A stretch of 64,000 nt of DNA from an uncultured Gammaproteobacteria bacterium (lineage in GTDB: Bacteria; Patescibacteriota; Patescibacteriia; UBA1558; S5-K13): contig CAYRHT010000004.1 in the NCBI GenBank assembly GCA_964424195.1, forward strand, positions 12,769-76,768, written 5' to 3'. Each line of letters begins with the position of its first letter. The first letter of the stretch is position 1. The notes under the pieces are model-generated. The model was not told the origin of the DNA and made no database searches. It worked only from the letters and a program-made list of their open reading frames with translations. The translations under genes and the position numbers were made by a program. This document shows positions 38,597 through 48,370 of this stretch, in pieces.

Positions 38597-39253
38597 TTAT
38601 TTTGTTTGCTTAGATTTTAACCATTTTACTCCTAGATAACAAAGAGGAGTGTCTAGAAGTGCAAATACTATTTTAAATACCCAATAAGGGATGATTAATG
38701 TAAGGATAAAACTTGTTGTAAACTTGGGAGTAAGATGATAGAAGGCAATATACATGAAAACAGTAGTATCTATGAATTGACTTACTATAGTGGAAGCATT
38801 ATTTCTTAACCAAAGGAATTTACCTTTAGTTTTTTTCTTCCAAAAGTGGAAAGCCCAAATATCATGATATTGACTAAGGATGAAAGCAATTAGACTAGCA
38901 ATAGTCATCCTAATACTTCCTTTAAATATCATTTCGTATGCTTCTTGATTTAACCATTTTTCATGAGCAGGCATAATAATACAAAGATACATCATTGCTA
39001 GAGCGAATAGGAGGACTGAGATTGATATATAGAAAAAGTTTTTAGCTCGGGACTTACCATGGACTTCAGTAATGATATCAGTGACTAAGAAGAGAACAGG
39101 AACAAAGAAGATTCCAACTGATACTCTAACTCCTAAAATAGTAGTTATTTTACTTCCTAAAAGATTAGCTAATATCAAAGAGGCAATAAAAAATCCTAAT
39201 AGTAGATCTGTTTTAAACTCAGCGTCATATTTTAATTTCTGAATAATATTCAT
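38597..39253 (-). CDS. yhhQ: YhhQ/DUF165 family queuosine-precursor transporter (paralog 1)
   Basis: FVPVLFLVTDIITEVHG and KGKFLWLRNNASTIVSQFIDTTVFMYIAF match YhhQ signature regions. Confidence 0.75.
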   Translation of the reverse strand: MNIIQKLKYDAEFKTDLLLGFFIASLILANLLGSKITTILGVRVSVGIFFVPVLFLVTDIITEVHGKSRAKNFFYISISVLLFALAMMYLCIIMPAHEKWLNQEAYEMIFKGSIRMTIASLIAFILSQYHDIWAFHFWKKKTKGKFLWLRNNASTIVSQFIDTTVFMYIAFYHLTPKFTTSFILTLIIPYWVFKIVFALLDTPLCYLGVKWLKSKQTK

Positions 39254-39365
39254 GGGTTCAAGTTCTTTTTATTTTTTAAATAGAAAACAATAATACTGAT
39301 TTTAAGTCTACTATATATCACTGTTTTGTCAATTAAAGAGAGTTGTTTTAAAGGTAGATTATAGA

Positions 39366-40247
39366 CTATTCATATATCTCTAGGATATCAGAAAGGTCAT
39401 TAACTAACCTAGCCCCTTCTTTTATTAAATTATTAGTTCCCTGACAGTTATTTTGGAAAATACTTCCCGGAATAACTAATAATTCTCGATTTTCATAAAG
39501 AGCAAAATTACCAGTGATTAAAGCTCCAGATCTTTCTTGAGCTTCTATTATTAAAGTAGCTGAAGACATTCCAGCAATAATCCTATTCCTCATCGGAAAG
39601 TTTTCTTTAGCTATTTCTGAACCAATTGGAAATTCTGAAATTAATAATCCTTTTTCTCTTATCTCTTGAGCTAGTTCTAGATTTTGATAAGGGTAGATTT
39701 TGTTTAAAGGAGAACCGAGGACAGCGATTGTTGATCCAATAGTATTAATACTTTCTATATGAGCTAGAGCATCAATACCTAGAGCTAAGCCAGAAATAAT
39801 AGTAATATTTTTTTCAGCAATTGGTTTAATAAATTCTTTGATTGCAGATTCTCCATAGGAAGTATATTTTCGGGAACCAACTACACTCAGGAAGTTCTTT
39901 CTTTTTAAAAGTTCAATATTTTCTTGAGCGAATAGAACTAAAGGAGGAGAAAAGATTTGTTTTAAAAGAAAAGGGTATTCTGGATCAAAGTAAGTTATAA
40001 TCTCAATATTTTGTTCTATGTGTTTATTCCAAACTTCTTTCAAATCTATCTTATTCCTATTCTCTAGGAATGTTTTAATAAGCTTTGGACTGAGATTGAT
40101 TCTTTGTAAATCTTGGTAACTAAGGTTCCAAATTTTCTCCCAATTTTTATATACCTTAAGTAATTGAGTGATTCTTTTAAATCCAAATTTGGGAATTAAA
40201 GAAAGACCCAGGATAATCTTTTGTTGTTGATTTAGAGGAGTGGACAT
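39366..40247 (-). CDS. dprA: DNA-processing protein DprA (Smf)
   Basis: Rossmann-like DprA core: VVGSRKYTSYGE...ISGLALGIDALAH...GALITG. Confidence 0.9.
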   Translation of the reverse strand: MSTPLNQQQKIILGLSLIPKFGFKRITQLLKVYKNWEKIWNLSYQDLQRINLSPKLIKTFLENRNKIDLKEVWNKHIEQNIEIITYFDPEYPFLLKQIFSPPLVLFAQENIELLKRKNFLSVVGSRKYTSYGESAIKEFIKPIAEKNITIISGLALGIDALAHIESINTIGSTIAVLGSPLNKIYPYQNLELAQEIREKGLLISEFPIGSEIAKENFPMRNRIIAGMSSATLIIEAQERSGALITGNFALYENRELLVIPGSIFQNNCQGTNNLIKEGARLVNDLSDILEIYE

Positions 40248-40472
40248 AAATTAATTTTTAATAAAATAAAAAATCGCTTGTCTACTAAAGTAAAATTTAA
40301 ATTTTACATAAGTAAACTATTGCGACCTGTTTGTATAGTATCTTTTTGTAATATTTTTGTAAAGCTCTTGACAAGATTTATAATATATGCTATAGTTGAA
40401 TATTGATAATTAGTAGTGAAAGCTTGGTGCGGAAAACCGCTTAATCTTTACAGCCAAGTTTTTGGAGGAAAA

Positions 40473-40862
40473 ATGAGAAGATTTATAATAGTCGTATTAG
40501 TCGTGTTGACAGGAATGAGTAGTCTTTTAATGGCTACATCCCTGGAGGTAGAACTTGAACCTGAAGCAGTCATTGATGATGGATTTATGAGAGGCTTTGG
40601 AGAATTTGAAATTTTGCAAGAAATTGTAGAGCTAAAATTCCAAAAATTCTTTCATCATATTTCATTCATCAAGCTGGTAGCTCCTTTTCAAGACAAATTG
40701 CAAATTCTAATTGTTTTGAAAGACGGAGACATGATTCGGGGGAGATTTATATTTTTTCGTCAACCAGAGCATACTGAATCTCAATTAATCGAGTGGTTAG
40801 ATTTAGATAGACCATTTGAACAACTCGACAAGAGATTTGGTAGTCAACCGCAGGAGGAATGA
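40473..40862 (+). CDS. hypothetical secreted protein (GC-elevated gene)
   Basis: Start moved to MRRFIIV, which has GGAGG 5 nt upstream. Signal peptide. Local GC visibly higher than the flanks. Confidence 0.45.
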   Translation: MRRFIIVVLVVLTGMSSLLMATSLEVELEPEAVIDDGFMRGFGEFEILQEIVELKFQKFFHHISFIKLVAPFQDKLQILIVLKDGDMIRGRFIFFRQPEHTESQLIEWLDLDRPFEQLDKRFGSQPQEE

Positions 40863-40884
40863 TGTGCTATAATCGTAATATTCA

Positions 40885-40915
40885 GGAGAGTAATGTCACA
40901 ATTACATTACTCTCC
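40885..40915 (+). terminator. 12-bp perfect hairpin downstream of the 40473 gene
   Basis: GGAGAGTAATGT-cacaatt-ACATTACTCTCC. No immediate U-run, so terminator function is uncertain. Confidence 0.4.
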
Positions 40916-40957
40916 GCCTTCCTTGAGTTTATTTTTAGAAGTAAGTTTAAGAAAGGA

Positions 40958-40985
40958 TTGACAATTTAATTCTGAATGATATACT
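40958..40985 (+). promoter_or_regulatory. sigma70-like promoter inside the 350-bp non-coding spacer
   Basis: TTGACA, 16 nt, TATACT. Confidence 0.4.
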
Positions 40986-41148
40986 ATATTTATTCTAAAT
41001 TGTAGTCAGGTTTTTATCCGTTAGTAGTTCTTAGTGACATCCCTCCTTGTTGCTTTGAATGCAAGTTAGGTAGGATTCCTTGGTTCGCCTTGTGAAATCT
41101 ATTTACACTAGCGGGTAATAACTTGGCTATTTTTTGTTTGTCATGATA

Positions 41149-41177
41149 TTGACTTTTTTAGAATATAGTTGTATGAT
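41149..41177 (+). promoter_or_regulatory. promoter for the 41211-42707 operon
   Basis: TTGACT, 17 nt, TATGAT. RBS AGGAGG before the ATG at 41211. Confidence 0.4.
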
Positions 41178-41210
41178 GAGATATTAAAAATTAAATAAAT
41201 AGGAGGAAGT

Positions 41211-41783
41211 ATGGAAAAAAGAACTGTTTCAATTAGTAATTTGATTCAAGACATTATTAAAATAATTCAAACTTATTTTGTAGAGTATCTTGGAGTAGGT
41301 TTAGAGTCGGAAGAAATGGTGAGCGCTTTAGAAATTAAAAGCCTTACTAAAATTGAGCTTTCAAGATTTACTAATATTTTTCGGGAACTTTTTACTCAAA
41401 AATTAGGATTAGACTTTGTTAATTCAATCACTATTATGAAACATGTTATTCCTGATAATATTAAAGCTCATTCTTTAGAGAGAAAAATATTTTTTCGTTT
41501 AGAGAAGATATTTTGGGCAGCAGCTAGTGATGAAGAACTACAATCGTATGTTAAAGCTGCTTGGCCTAACAAATCTAAGGATTTAAGTTTTTCTAGTAAA
41601 AATTTAAATATTCTTCGGGAAAGAAGAGAAAAGTATCTTACTCAAACTAGAAATACATCATTGTATCCTATTCCAAAATTACCAGTTAATACAATTCGTA
41701 GTTTTACGGAAGATTTTCAGGATGAATATGGGTTTTATTTTGTAGAGTATACTAGTAATTTTCAAGAATTGGAAATAGATTAA
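41211..41783 (+). CDS. hypothetical cytoplasmic protein (orphan operon gene 1)
   Basis: Strong RBS. No TM helix and no recognisable motifs. Confidence 0.5.
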   Translation: MEKRTVSISNLIQDIIKIIQTYFVEYLGVGLESEEMVSALEIKSLTKIELSRFTNIFRELFTQKLGLDFVNSITIMKHVIPDNIKAHSLERKIFFRLEKIFWAAASDEELQSYVKAAWPNKSKDLSFSSKNLNILRERREKYLTQTRNTSLYPIPKLPVNTIRSFTEDFQDEYGFYFVEYTSNFQELEID

Positions 41784-41793
41784 GGGAGAAAAT

Positions 41794-42192
41794 ATGAAGA
41801 AAAAGAAGTTTTTACTAGTTTGTCCATTGGAGGATTTTGCATTAAAGGATAAATACTTTGCTAATGTAGTCTGGAATGAATTCGAATTCTATTTACATTG
41901 TAAAGCTATAGATTCAAAAGAAGCAAATAATTTTACTAAGAAATTTGATTTAGTGATGATAACACCATCAATGTTATTAGATTATGTTAATCTTATTGCG
42001 GTCGAGGAAATAGGATTTAAGCCATTATGGAATAAAATCTCAGAGAGTGTTAGTGGCGAATATGTTATTGTATCTATTTCAGACCAGAATGATTCTGAGT
42101 CTGATCAAGAAGTGACTCATCTTTTATTCGGAGACCAGGGAAACTTTGTTAATAAAATCATTATTTTTAATGATTTTAAGGAGGAAAAATGA
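41794..42192 (+). CDS. hypothetical small alpha/beta protein (orphan operon gene 2)
   Basis: 10-nt gap from gene 1. Acidic C-terminal half. Confidence 0.5.
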   Translation: MKKKKFLLVCPLEDFALKDKYFANVVWNEFEFYLHCKAIDSKEANNFTKKFDLVMITPSMLLDYVNLIAVEEIGFKPLWNKISESVSGEYVIVSISDQNDSESDQEVTHLLFGDQGNFVNKIIIFNDFKEEK

Positions 42193-42707
42193 AAACTATA
42201 ATTTTGATAGTTATATCGGTCTTATTAGTTGTAAGTTGTACTAAGATTACTGAAAATACCATTCATGATGATAATGAAGACGGTACTTATTACATTGGTC
42301 CCAGTGATCAGATTTTAGGTAATGTTGAATTATTGATATATCCTAAAACCAGAAAAGGAACAGCTATAACTTTTTTAAACAGTCCTGTTTCCAGTATTGC
42401 CTACTTAATGTCTAATCGAGATGATCCGGATAAGAAATATTTTGCTAAGTCTCATATTGAAGAGGATGAAGATTATACTCAAACAGGCAGTGAATTACCT
42501 TTTGATACTTGGATAAGAATTAAAATGATTGTCTATGAGGATGGTTTGGCAAATTGGGTAATTGATCTTTTGAATGGATTAGGACTTAATTTTTTTAATG
42601 CCGTAGAAGACTGGATGGTGGAAGAAACCTATGAGGCAGATTTTAAGCTAGTAGAAAATAGAAAAGGAAATCTTGTCTTTCATTGGAGTGAAGTTAGAAA
42701 ACAATAA
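42189..42707 (+). CDS. hypothetical lipoprotein (orphan operon gene 3)
   Basis: 4-nt overlap with gene 2. Signal peptide with lipobox VVSC. Confidence 0.5.
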   Translation: MKTIILIVISVLLVVSCTKITENTIHDDNEDGTYYIGPSDQILGNVELLIYPKTRKGTAITFLNSPVSSIAYLMSNRDDPDKKYFAKSHIEEDEDYTQTGSELPFDTWIRIKMIVYEDGLANWVIDLLNGLGLNFFNAVEDWMVEETYEADFKLVENRKGNLVFHWSEVRKQ

Positions 42708-42725
42708 TTTTCAACAATTAGAGAA

Positions 42726-42763
42726 CCCTGCATTACGTAAAGTAGTGCAGGGGTATTTTTTTA
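42726..42763. terminator. bidirectional intrinsic terminator
   Basis: CCCTGCATTAC-gtaaa-GTAGTGCAGGG followed by GTATTTTTTT. Shares the core CCCTGCAyT...AGTGCAGGG with the tuf terminator. Confidence 0.6.
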
Positions 42764-42773
42764 CAAAAGATAT

Positions 42774-43346
42774 TTAATTATACTTACTCATTACTTCTAG
42801 AGGATCTTTTTCAATTGCTAATTCTAAAGCTTCAGTAGTTTTATGAAGGACTTTTTTAATTTTTAATTTATCAAATAATGAGAAACGAGAAAGGACATAT
42901 TTATCAGCAGGAATTCTCTCTAGGAGAGGAGTTTTAATTCCGATTCTAAATCTTAGGAAATTATTAAAGCCTAAATGTTGAATAATAGATTTAACTCCAT
43001 TATGTCCACCAGCTGATTCAAAGAATCCTACTTTAAGATCTCCTAAGTCTATATCTAAATCATCATAAATTACAAATATATCTTCTGGTTTAAAATCATG
43101 TTTTTTAAAAGCATAATTAATACTAGTTCCAGAATTATTCATAAATGTTTGAGGTTTAAGTAGTTCTACAGTTTCCCCATTAATTTCTGTTTTTAAATAT
43201 TGAAGTTTTCCTTTAGAACTATCATTCCATTTAGGATTCTTTCCAACTAATCTCTCAGCTAAAAAATCCAAAGCCATAAATCCAGCATTGTGTTTAGTAT
43301 TTTGGTATTTGTTTCCTGGATTACCTAATCCAATTATTAGTTTCAT
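42774..43346 (-). CDS. pth: peptidyl-tRNA hydrolase
   Basis: MKLIIGLGNPG...HNAGF...SGGHNGV are canonical motifs. Confidence 0.9.
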   Translation of the reverse strand: MKLIIGLGNPGNKYQNTKHNAGFMALDFLAERLVGKNPKWNDSSKGKLQYLKTEINGETVELLKPQTFMNNSGTSINYAFKKHDFKPEDIFVIYDDLDIDLGDLKVGFFESAGGHNGVKSIIQHLGFNNFLRFRIGIKTPLLERIPADKYVLSRFSLFDKLKIKKVLHKTTEALELAIEKDPLEVMSKYN

Positions 43347-43366
43347 ATATTTTAACTATATCACTA

Positions 43367-44764
43367 TTAAGTAATATTTTTAAGTTTTCGAACGTAAGCT
43401 ATTACTGGAACTCCTTGAAAATCAAACTTTTCTCTTATCTTTTTGTTAATAAATTTAAGATAGGAGTTATTTAAACTCATTTTAGCTCCAATGATAACTT
43501 CAAAAGTTTGAGGATCAGTATTAACTTGTTTAATTTCATAAATTTTAGGCTTAATGGAACCATAACCAATAGTTGGTTTATGAATTCTATATATTTCTTG
43601 TAGAAATTTATATAATTCTTCCTTAGAAATTACTTTTTTAGATTTTTCATGAATAATAATTGCTTCATCTAATATTTTAGTTAATCTTATTTTCTTAGTA
43701 GCTGAAATTGGAATTACTTTAGCCCACATTAAATAAGGCATAGTAATTTTATAGTATTTTAAATATTCATTATAGGTTTGTAAATCTTTGTCGCCAATTA
43801 AATCCCATTTATTAGCTAGAATGATTAATCCCTTTTGAGCAGACTCTATTAACTTAGCAAATTTTAAATCACTAACTGAGAGATTCTTAGAAACATCAGT
43901 TACTAATATTGCTATATCAGTTTCTTTAATAGCTTTTTCAGTTTGTTGAACAGATTTAAATTCTAATTCATCTTTTTTAATTAGAGCTCTATTCTTTCTA
44001 ATACCAGCTGTATCAATTAACATGAAATCTGATTTCTTATATTCAAAAGGAATTAATTGCATGTCACGAGTGGTGTGTTCAAGTTCAGATACAATTGTTT
44101 TATCCTCATTTAGGATAGAGTTTACAATAGAGGATTTTCCAACATTAGTTTTACCGATGAAAGCAATTTTAATAATTTCTTTTTCAGTTTCTTTTTTACT
44201 TACTCTAACTTTTCTAACTTTAGCTTTTTTAACAACTAAGTCTAATAGATCACCAACTCTTGCTCCGTTTGATGCAGAAATCATTATTGGTTCTCCTAAG
44301 CCTAATTCATAAAATTCATTAACTTGTTGGGATGTTCTTTTGTTATCACATTTATTAGCTACTAAAATATGAGCTAATTTATTCTTTTTTAGAAAAGCAG
44401 CGAATTCTTTATCCTGAGGCATAATTCCAGTCTTAGCATCAACTAAAAAGAGGATTAAGTCAGAGTCTTTAATTGCTTTTTTAGCCTTTTCAGTAATCTT
44501 TTCATCTATTTCATCCTCTTTACGTTGTTCAAGGTCTTCTGATAGTCTTTCTTTTGTTTCAGTATAGATATTTTTTTCTAGGCCACCAGTATCAACAACC
44601 GTAAATTCTCTTCCCTGCCATTCAGCATTTTGATAGTTTGTATCTCGAGTTGTTCCAGGAATTCTACTAATTATTACTTTATTTTCTACAAGTAAATTAA
44701 AAAGAGTGGACTTACCTACATTGGTCCGGCCGATAATTGAAATGATTGGAAGTTGTTTAGTCAT
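43367..44764 (-). CDS. der: ribosome-biogenesis GTPase Der (EngA), tandem GTPase domains + KH-like C-terminus
   Basis: Two P-loops GRTNVGKST and GKTNVGKSS with DTGG/DTAG and NKCD/NKWD motifs. Confidence 0.9.
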   Translation of the reverse strand: MTKQLPIISIIGRTNVGKSTLFNLLVENKVIISRIPGTTRDTNYQNAEWQGREFTVVDTGGLEKNIYTETKERLSEDLEQRKEDEIDEKITEKAKKAIKDSDLILFLVDAKTGIMPQDKEFAAFLKKNKLAHILVANKCDNKRTSQQVNEFYELGLGEPIMISASNGARVGDLLDLVVKKAKVRKVRVSKKETEKEIIKIAFIGKTNVGKSSIVNSILNEDKTIVSELEHTTRDMQLIPFEYKKSDFMLIDTAGIRKNRALIKKDELEFKSVQQTEKAIKETDIAILVTDVSKNLSVSDLKFAKLIESAQKGLIILANKWDLIGDKDLQTYNEYLKYYKITMPYLMWAKVIPISATKKIRLTKILDEAIIIHEKSKKVISKEELYKFLQEIYRIHKPTIGYGSIKPKIYEIKQVNTDPQTFEVIIGAKMSLNNSYLKFINKKIREKFDFQGVPVIAYVRKLKNIT

Positions 44765-46196
44765 TTGTTTGAGCTAATTGATCTGCGCCCAATACTATTA
44801 AAAAATCTAGGTTATCTTGATAAAGATATTCTTCTAAATTTTCAGTTAAAATATTTGATCTAACTCCGAGAATAGATTCTTGAATCTTTTTTAAAGTCTC
44901 AGGTTTTTTATTATCACTGAGATCATATATTATAGTAGTTTCTATATCTTGAGTAGGGGCGTTGCCTATTCTTATAACATTTAATCCAGCATTAATCAAG
45001 AGCTGTGATTTATTTCCAGCTAAACCAGCTTGAGTTGTTCCATTTAAAATTTGGATAACAGCTTGTTCTTTTTCAGTCTTTTCAGTCTTAAAAATATTAT
45101 TAAAGAAAGATTGCAGTACTCTGTAATCATTATTTTTAGGAACTAGGATAAAGGCTCCATCTAGAGTTGAAGTAGCACTTCGGAGAAGATTACCAGGAGC
45201 ATCATTAAGAACTTTGTTAAATATCTTGTCTTTCTCCATTGTTCTTAATATATCTACAAAGCGAAGAGCTTCCCAAGCTTCAATATCAGTATCAATATAC
45301 TTATCTAAAATCTTGAATAAGTTTATAACCTTATTAGGATTACTAATAGTAGAGAAACTCATAATCTTAGATTTAATAGATTCAATAATCTTAAATTGTC
45401 TGTCTGATCTAGCAAAATCAGAAGCTTCAAAGCCATTTCCTTCAGTAACTATTCCATGTCTTGATCTAACAAATTGTAAGGCCTCTTCACCATTTAAGTG
45501 TTGATTTCCCTTTTCAAATTCTACAGTTTGAATCTTGTGATCTTTAGTTGGATATTGATAATCAATAAAACTATTTTCTACATAGACATTTACACCACCC
45601 AGAGCATCAATAATCTCTTCAAAGCCAAAGAAATCAATACTGATAGCATAATGAATAGGAATTCCTAAGTTTTGACTAAGTACTTTTTTACTGTATTCTA
45701 TCCCATTACTGTTTTCAGAGTACTCTCCAGCTGTATAGATATAATTTACTTTTTGGTAAGAAGTATTATCAACTTTAACTAAGAAATCTCGAGGTAAAGA
45801 CACCAGAGAAGTTTCTTGATTTTCATAGTCATAACTTAAAATAATTATTGTATCTGTTAGAAAAGCTCCATCATGACCCAATCCACCCATTCCTAAGATT
45901 AGTAAGTTTGTTCGTTCATCTTTTTCACCAGCAAGCTTTTTAGTGTCAGCAGAGATGAGGTGAGAGATCTGATTAATTAAAAAATTCTTTTTAACTGTGG
46001 TAGCAAATTTTGATTCAGAACTAGCAACAATACTTGAAAGAAAGAAGATTATTCCTAAAAAAGATAGTAAAAATAAAAAGAGAACGTTTTTAATCACTAA
46101 ACGAGTTCTAGTTTTCTTGTATTCTTGATTGATTGTTTTTAGATATTCTCCTTGTTCATTATCTTCAAGAAGCTTTACATCTTTTGTCTTATTCAT
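44757..46196 (-). CDS. LCP (LytR-CpsA-Psr) family cell-envelope protein
   Basis: N-terminal TM helix. LCP core NLLILGMGG...DTIIIL...SLPRD. C-terminal LytR_C-like domain. Confidence 0.8.
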   Translation of the reverse strand: MNKTKDVKLLEDNEQGEYLKTINQEYKKTRTRLVIKNVLFLFLLSFLGIIFFLSSIVASSESKFATTVKKNFLINQISHLISADTKKLAGEKDERTNLLILGMGGLGHDGAFLTDTIIILSYDYENQETSLVSLPRDFLVKVDNTSYQKVNYIYTAGEYSENSNGIEYSKKVLSQNLGIPIHYAISIDFFGFEEIIDALGGVNVYVENSFIDYQYPTKDHKIQTVEFEKGNQHLNGEEALQFVRSRHGIVTEGNGFEASDFARSDRQFKIIESIKSKIMSFSTISNPNKVINLFKILDKYIDTDIEAWEALRFVDILRTMEKDKIFNKVLNDAPGNLLRSATSTLDGAFILVPKNNDYRVLQSFFNNIFKTEKTEKEQAVIQILNGTTQAGLAGNKSQLLINAGLNVIRIGNAPTQDIETTIIYDLSDNKKPETLKKIQESILGVRSNILTENLEEYLYQDNLDFLIVLGADQLAQTND

Positions 46197-46373
46197 TGAT
46201 TCTTAATTTATCTAATAATCACAAAATATTCTTAGCGATTAAGAATTATTTACTAAATTCATAGTAATATAAATTAACTCTTTTAGCAATTGTAATTTTA
46301 CTAAGTTTATTTATTATTTCTCTATTTTTTGCTATGATATAGGTAGATAAGTTTATAAAATTATTTAAATAAT

Positions 46374-46538
46374 ATGGGATTTGATATTCGCGAGTCAGAT
46401 GAGTATTTGGGAGATAAAGCTGAGTTAGTAGTTAACAATGTTATAGAGTTTACTTTTGAGAAATTACCAGCTATTACCATTGTCTTAGCAATATTATATT
46501 TAATATGGAATCTATTAGATCCAGTTATTGTGTTTTAA
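46374..46538 (+). CDS. candidate small membrane protein (54 aa), not in the ORF track
   Basis: ATG ORF with a C-terminal TM helix. Putative promoter TTGCTA...TATAAA upstream. Hairpin ATCACT...AGTGAT + TTTTTTG downstream. Confidence 0.25.
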   Translation: MGFDIRESDEYLGDKAELVVNNVIEFTFEKLPAITIVLAILYLIWNLLDPVIVF

Positions 46539-46663
46539 AATAAATAAGAAATAAAAAAGATCACTTTAGAGTTTAGTGATTTTTTGTTTGACATAAGATT
46601 TGTATTAAAGTAAAATAATATATTCTTAGAAAGTAAATAAAAGAATAAAAAATAGGAGGAGAA

Positions 46664-47065
46664 GTGGTAAAATTAATTATTTGTGAATTAGATGGGTGTA
46701 ATTATTTGAGAATTAACGAAGATTCTTTGTTAGAAATTAGAAAGTATAATCCTCGTAATTTTAATTGTTTGAATTTAGAGACAGGAGAGCTTTGTGATTG
46801 TAATTTCGATGGAATGGAAGAAAGAATTATTGAAATTGATTTCAAGAATGAGATCAAGTCAATTCCTTCTTCATTTTGGAGTTTATTGCCGGGATCTTTT
46901 TTTGTTAAGGAAGGAAGAAATAACTTATTTGTAAAAATTGTTGAATTCAACAAAAAATGTGCTCTATGTTTTGGTAAAGATTTTAAAGTTGACTTAGGAT
47001 ATTCATTGGAATGGCAAGCAGCATTTAGAATTATAGAATATCAGGAGATTAAAATTGAAATTTAG
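46664..47065 (+). CDS. hypothetical protein
   Basis: GTG start 4-5 nt after a perfect AGGAGG. Cys-containing N-terminus. No family recognised. Confidence 0.45.
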   Translation: MVKLIICELDGCNYLRINEDSLLEIRKYNPRNFNCLNLETGELCDCNFDGMEERIIEIDFKNEIKSIPSSFWSLLPGSFFVKEGRNNLFVKIVEFNKKCALCFGKDFKVDLGYSLEWQAAFRIIEYQEIKIEI

Positions 47066-47075
47066 ATTTTCAAAA

Positions 47076-47112
47076 AAGCCGATACAAATTGTATCGGCTT
47101 TTAACTTTTTTA
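47076..47112. terminator. bidirectional terminator
   Basis: AAGCCGATACA-aat-TGTATCGGCTT followed by TTAACTTTTTT. Confidence 0.6.
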
Positions 47113-47121
47113 AAATAATAT

Positions 47122-48321
47122 TTAAAGTTGTTCTTGATATTTAGTAATACTTTGTTTAAACTTTTCTAAATCTTCACCTTCTAAAGCATCAGTATTTGGA
47201 AAGTCTTCAGTTTGAGGATTTATTTTAGTTCCATATTTTACCATTTCATAATGAACATGAGGTCCAGTAGAGAATCCAGTAGAACCGACATAACCAATAG
47301 TTTGTCCTTGAGTCACTTTAGTTCCATAAGAAACTGCGTATTTAGAAAGATGAGCATAATTAGTGGTATATGTTGAATTATGTCTAATACTAATAAAATT
47401 ACCATAACCACCATTCCAACCAGCTCGGACTACTGTTCCTTCTCCAACTGCTTTAATAGGTGTTCCATAGGGGGCAGCATAATCAATAGCTCGATGTTTA
47501 GTAGAAGTATTAAAGGCTTGAACATATCTCATACCAGTGGTAAACCCTGAAGATATATATCTGTAAGATACTGGAGCTTTAAGGAATATTTTTTGCATAC
47601 TTTCACCTTCAGCATTATAGTGTCCATAATCATCTTCATCTTTTTCATGGTAATAAGCTACATACTCTCGACCATCATTTATAAATTTAGCAGCTAAGAC
47701 ATCTCCAGGCATTATATATTCACCATCTAAATATCTTTCTTCATAGATAAATTTAAAATGATCTCCAACTCTAATATTCATAGCAAAATCAATAGTCCAT
47801 TGAAATACATCAGCTAATTCAATTATAACTATTTCATCTAAACCTTGTTCTAAACCAGTTTCATAAAGAGAGGATTGAATAGTTCCTTCCGAAGTCTTAA
47901 TTCTAACTTCATATTCAATTTCTTTTCTTTCAGCTTGCCAGCTAGCATCATTTTGAAGAGTGACATATAGTCTTTCTTCCGTATCTATTTGATAAACGAG
48001 TTCTTTAAATATATTAGTGTCTTTGTCATAGATAAGCTTTATAGTTTTCCCAACTCTGATTCTAGATAGATCATAAATATCTTGAGCAGCATCAAAAATA
48101 GCATTGGCTGTTTCTGGAGTAGTGCTGGCACTTTTCATTAGTTCTCCATAAGTAGCATTGGGAGTAATTTCTAAAATTACTTCTCGGTCAGGAATTACTT
48201 CTGGTTCAATAATCTTTGAAGAGTCGTTAGAAGCAACATTATTTCTATTAACTAATATAATTATAGCTAAAGCTGTAATTACTAAGAGAATAATAATTGT
48301 TTTGATTTTATTTATTTTCAT
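47122..48321 (-). CDS. M23 family metallopeptidase (membrane-anchored)
   Basis: N-terminal TM helix. M23 motifs HRAIDYAAPYGTPI...GNFISIRH...STGFSTGPHVHYE. Confidence 0.85.
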   Translation of the reverse strand: MKINKIKTIIILLVITALAIIILVNRNNVASNDSSKIIEPEVIPDREVILEITPNATYGELMKSASTTPETANAIFDAAQDIYDLSRIRVGKTIKLIYDKDTNIFKELVYQIDTEERLYVTLQNDASWQAERKEIEYEVRIKTSEGTIQSSLYETGLEQGLDEIVIIELADVFQWTIDFAMNIRVGDHFKFIYEERYLDGEYIMPGDVLAAKFINDGREYVAYYHEKDEDDYGHYNAEGESMQKIFLKAPVSYRYISSGFTTGMRYVQAFNTSTKHRAIDYAAPYGTPIKAVGEGTVVRAGWNGGYGNFISIRHNSTYTTNYAHLSKYAVSYGTKVTQGQTIGYVGSTGFSTGPHVHYEMVKYGTKINPQTEDFPNTDALEGEDLEKFKQSITKYQEQL

Positions 48322-48370
48322 AATAGTATTCTAGCAGAATGGTGATATTTGTAAAATCAGCCCTCAACTA

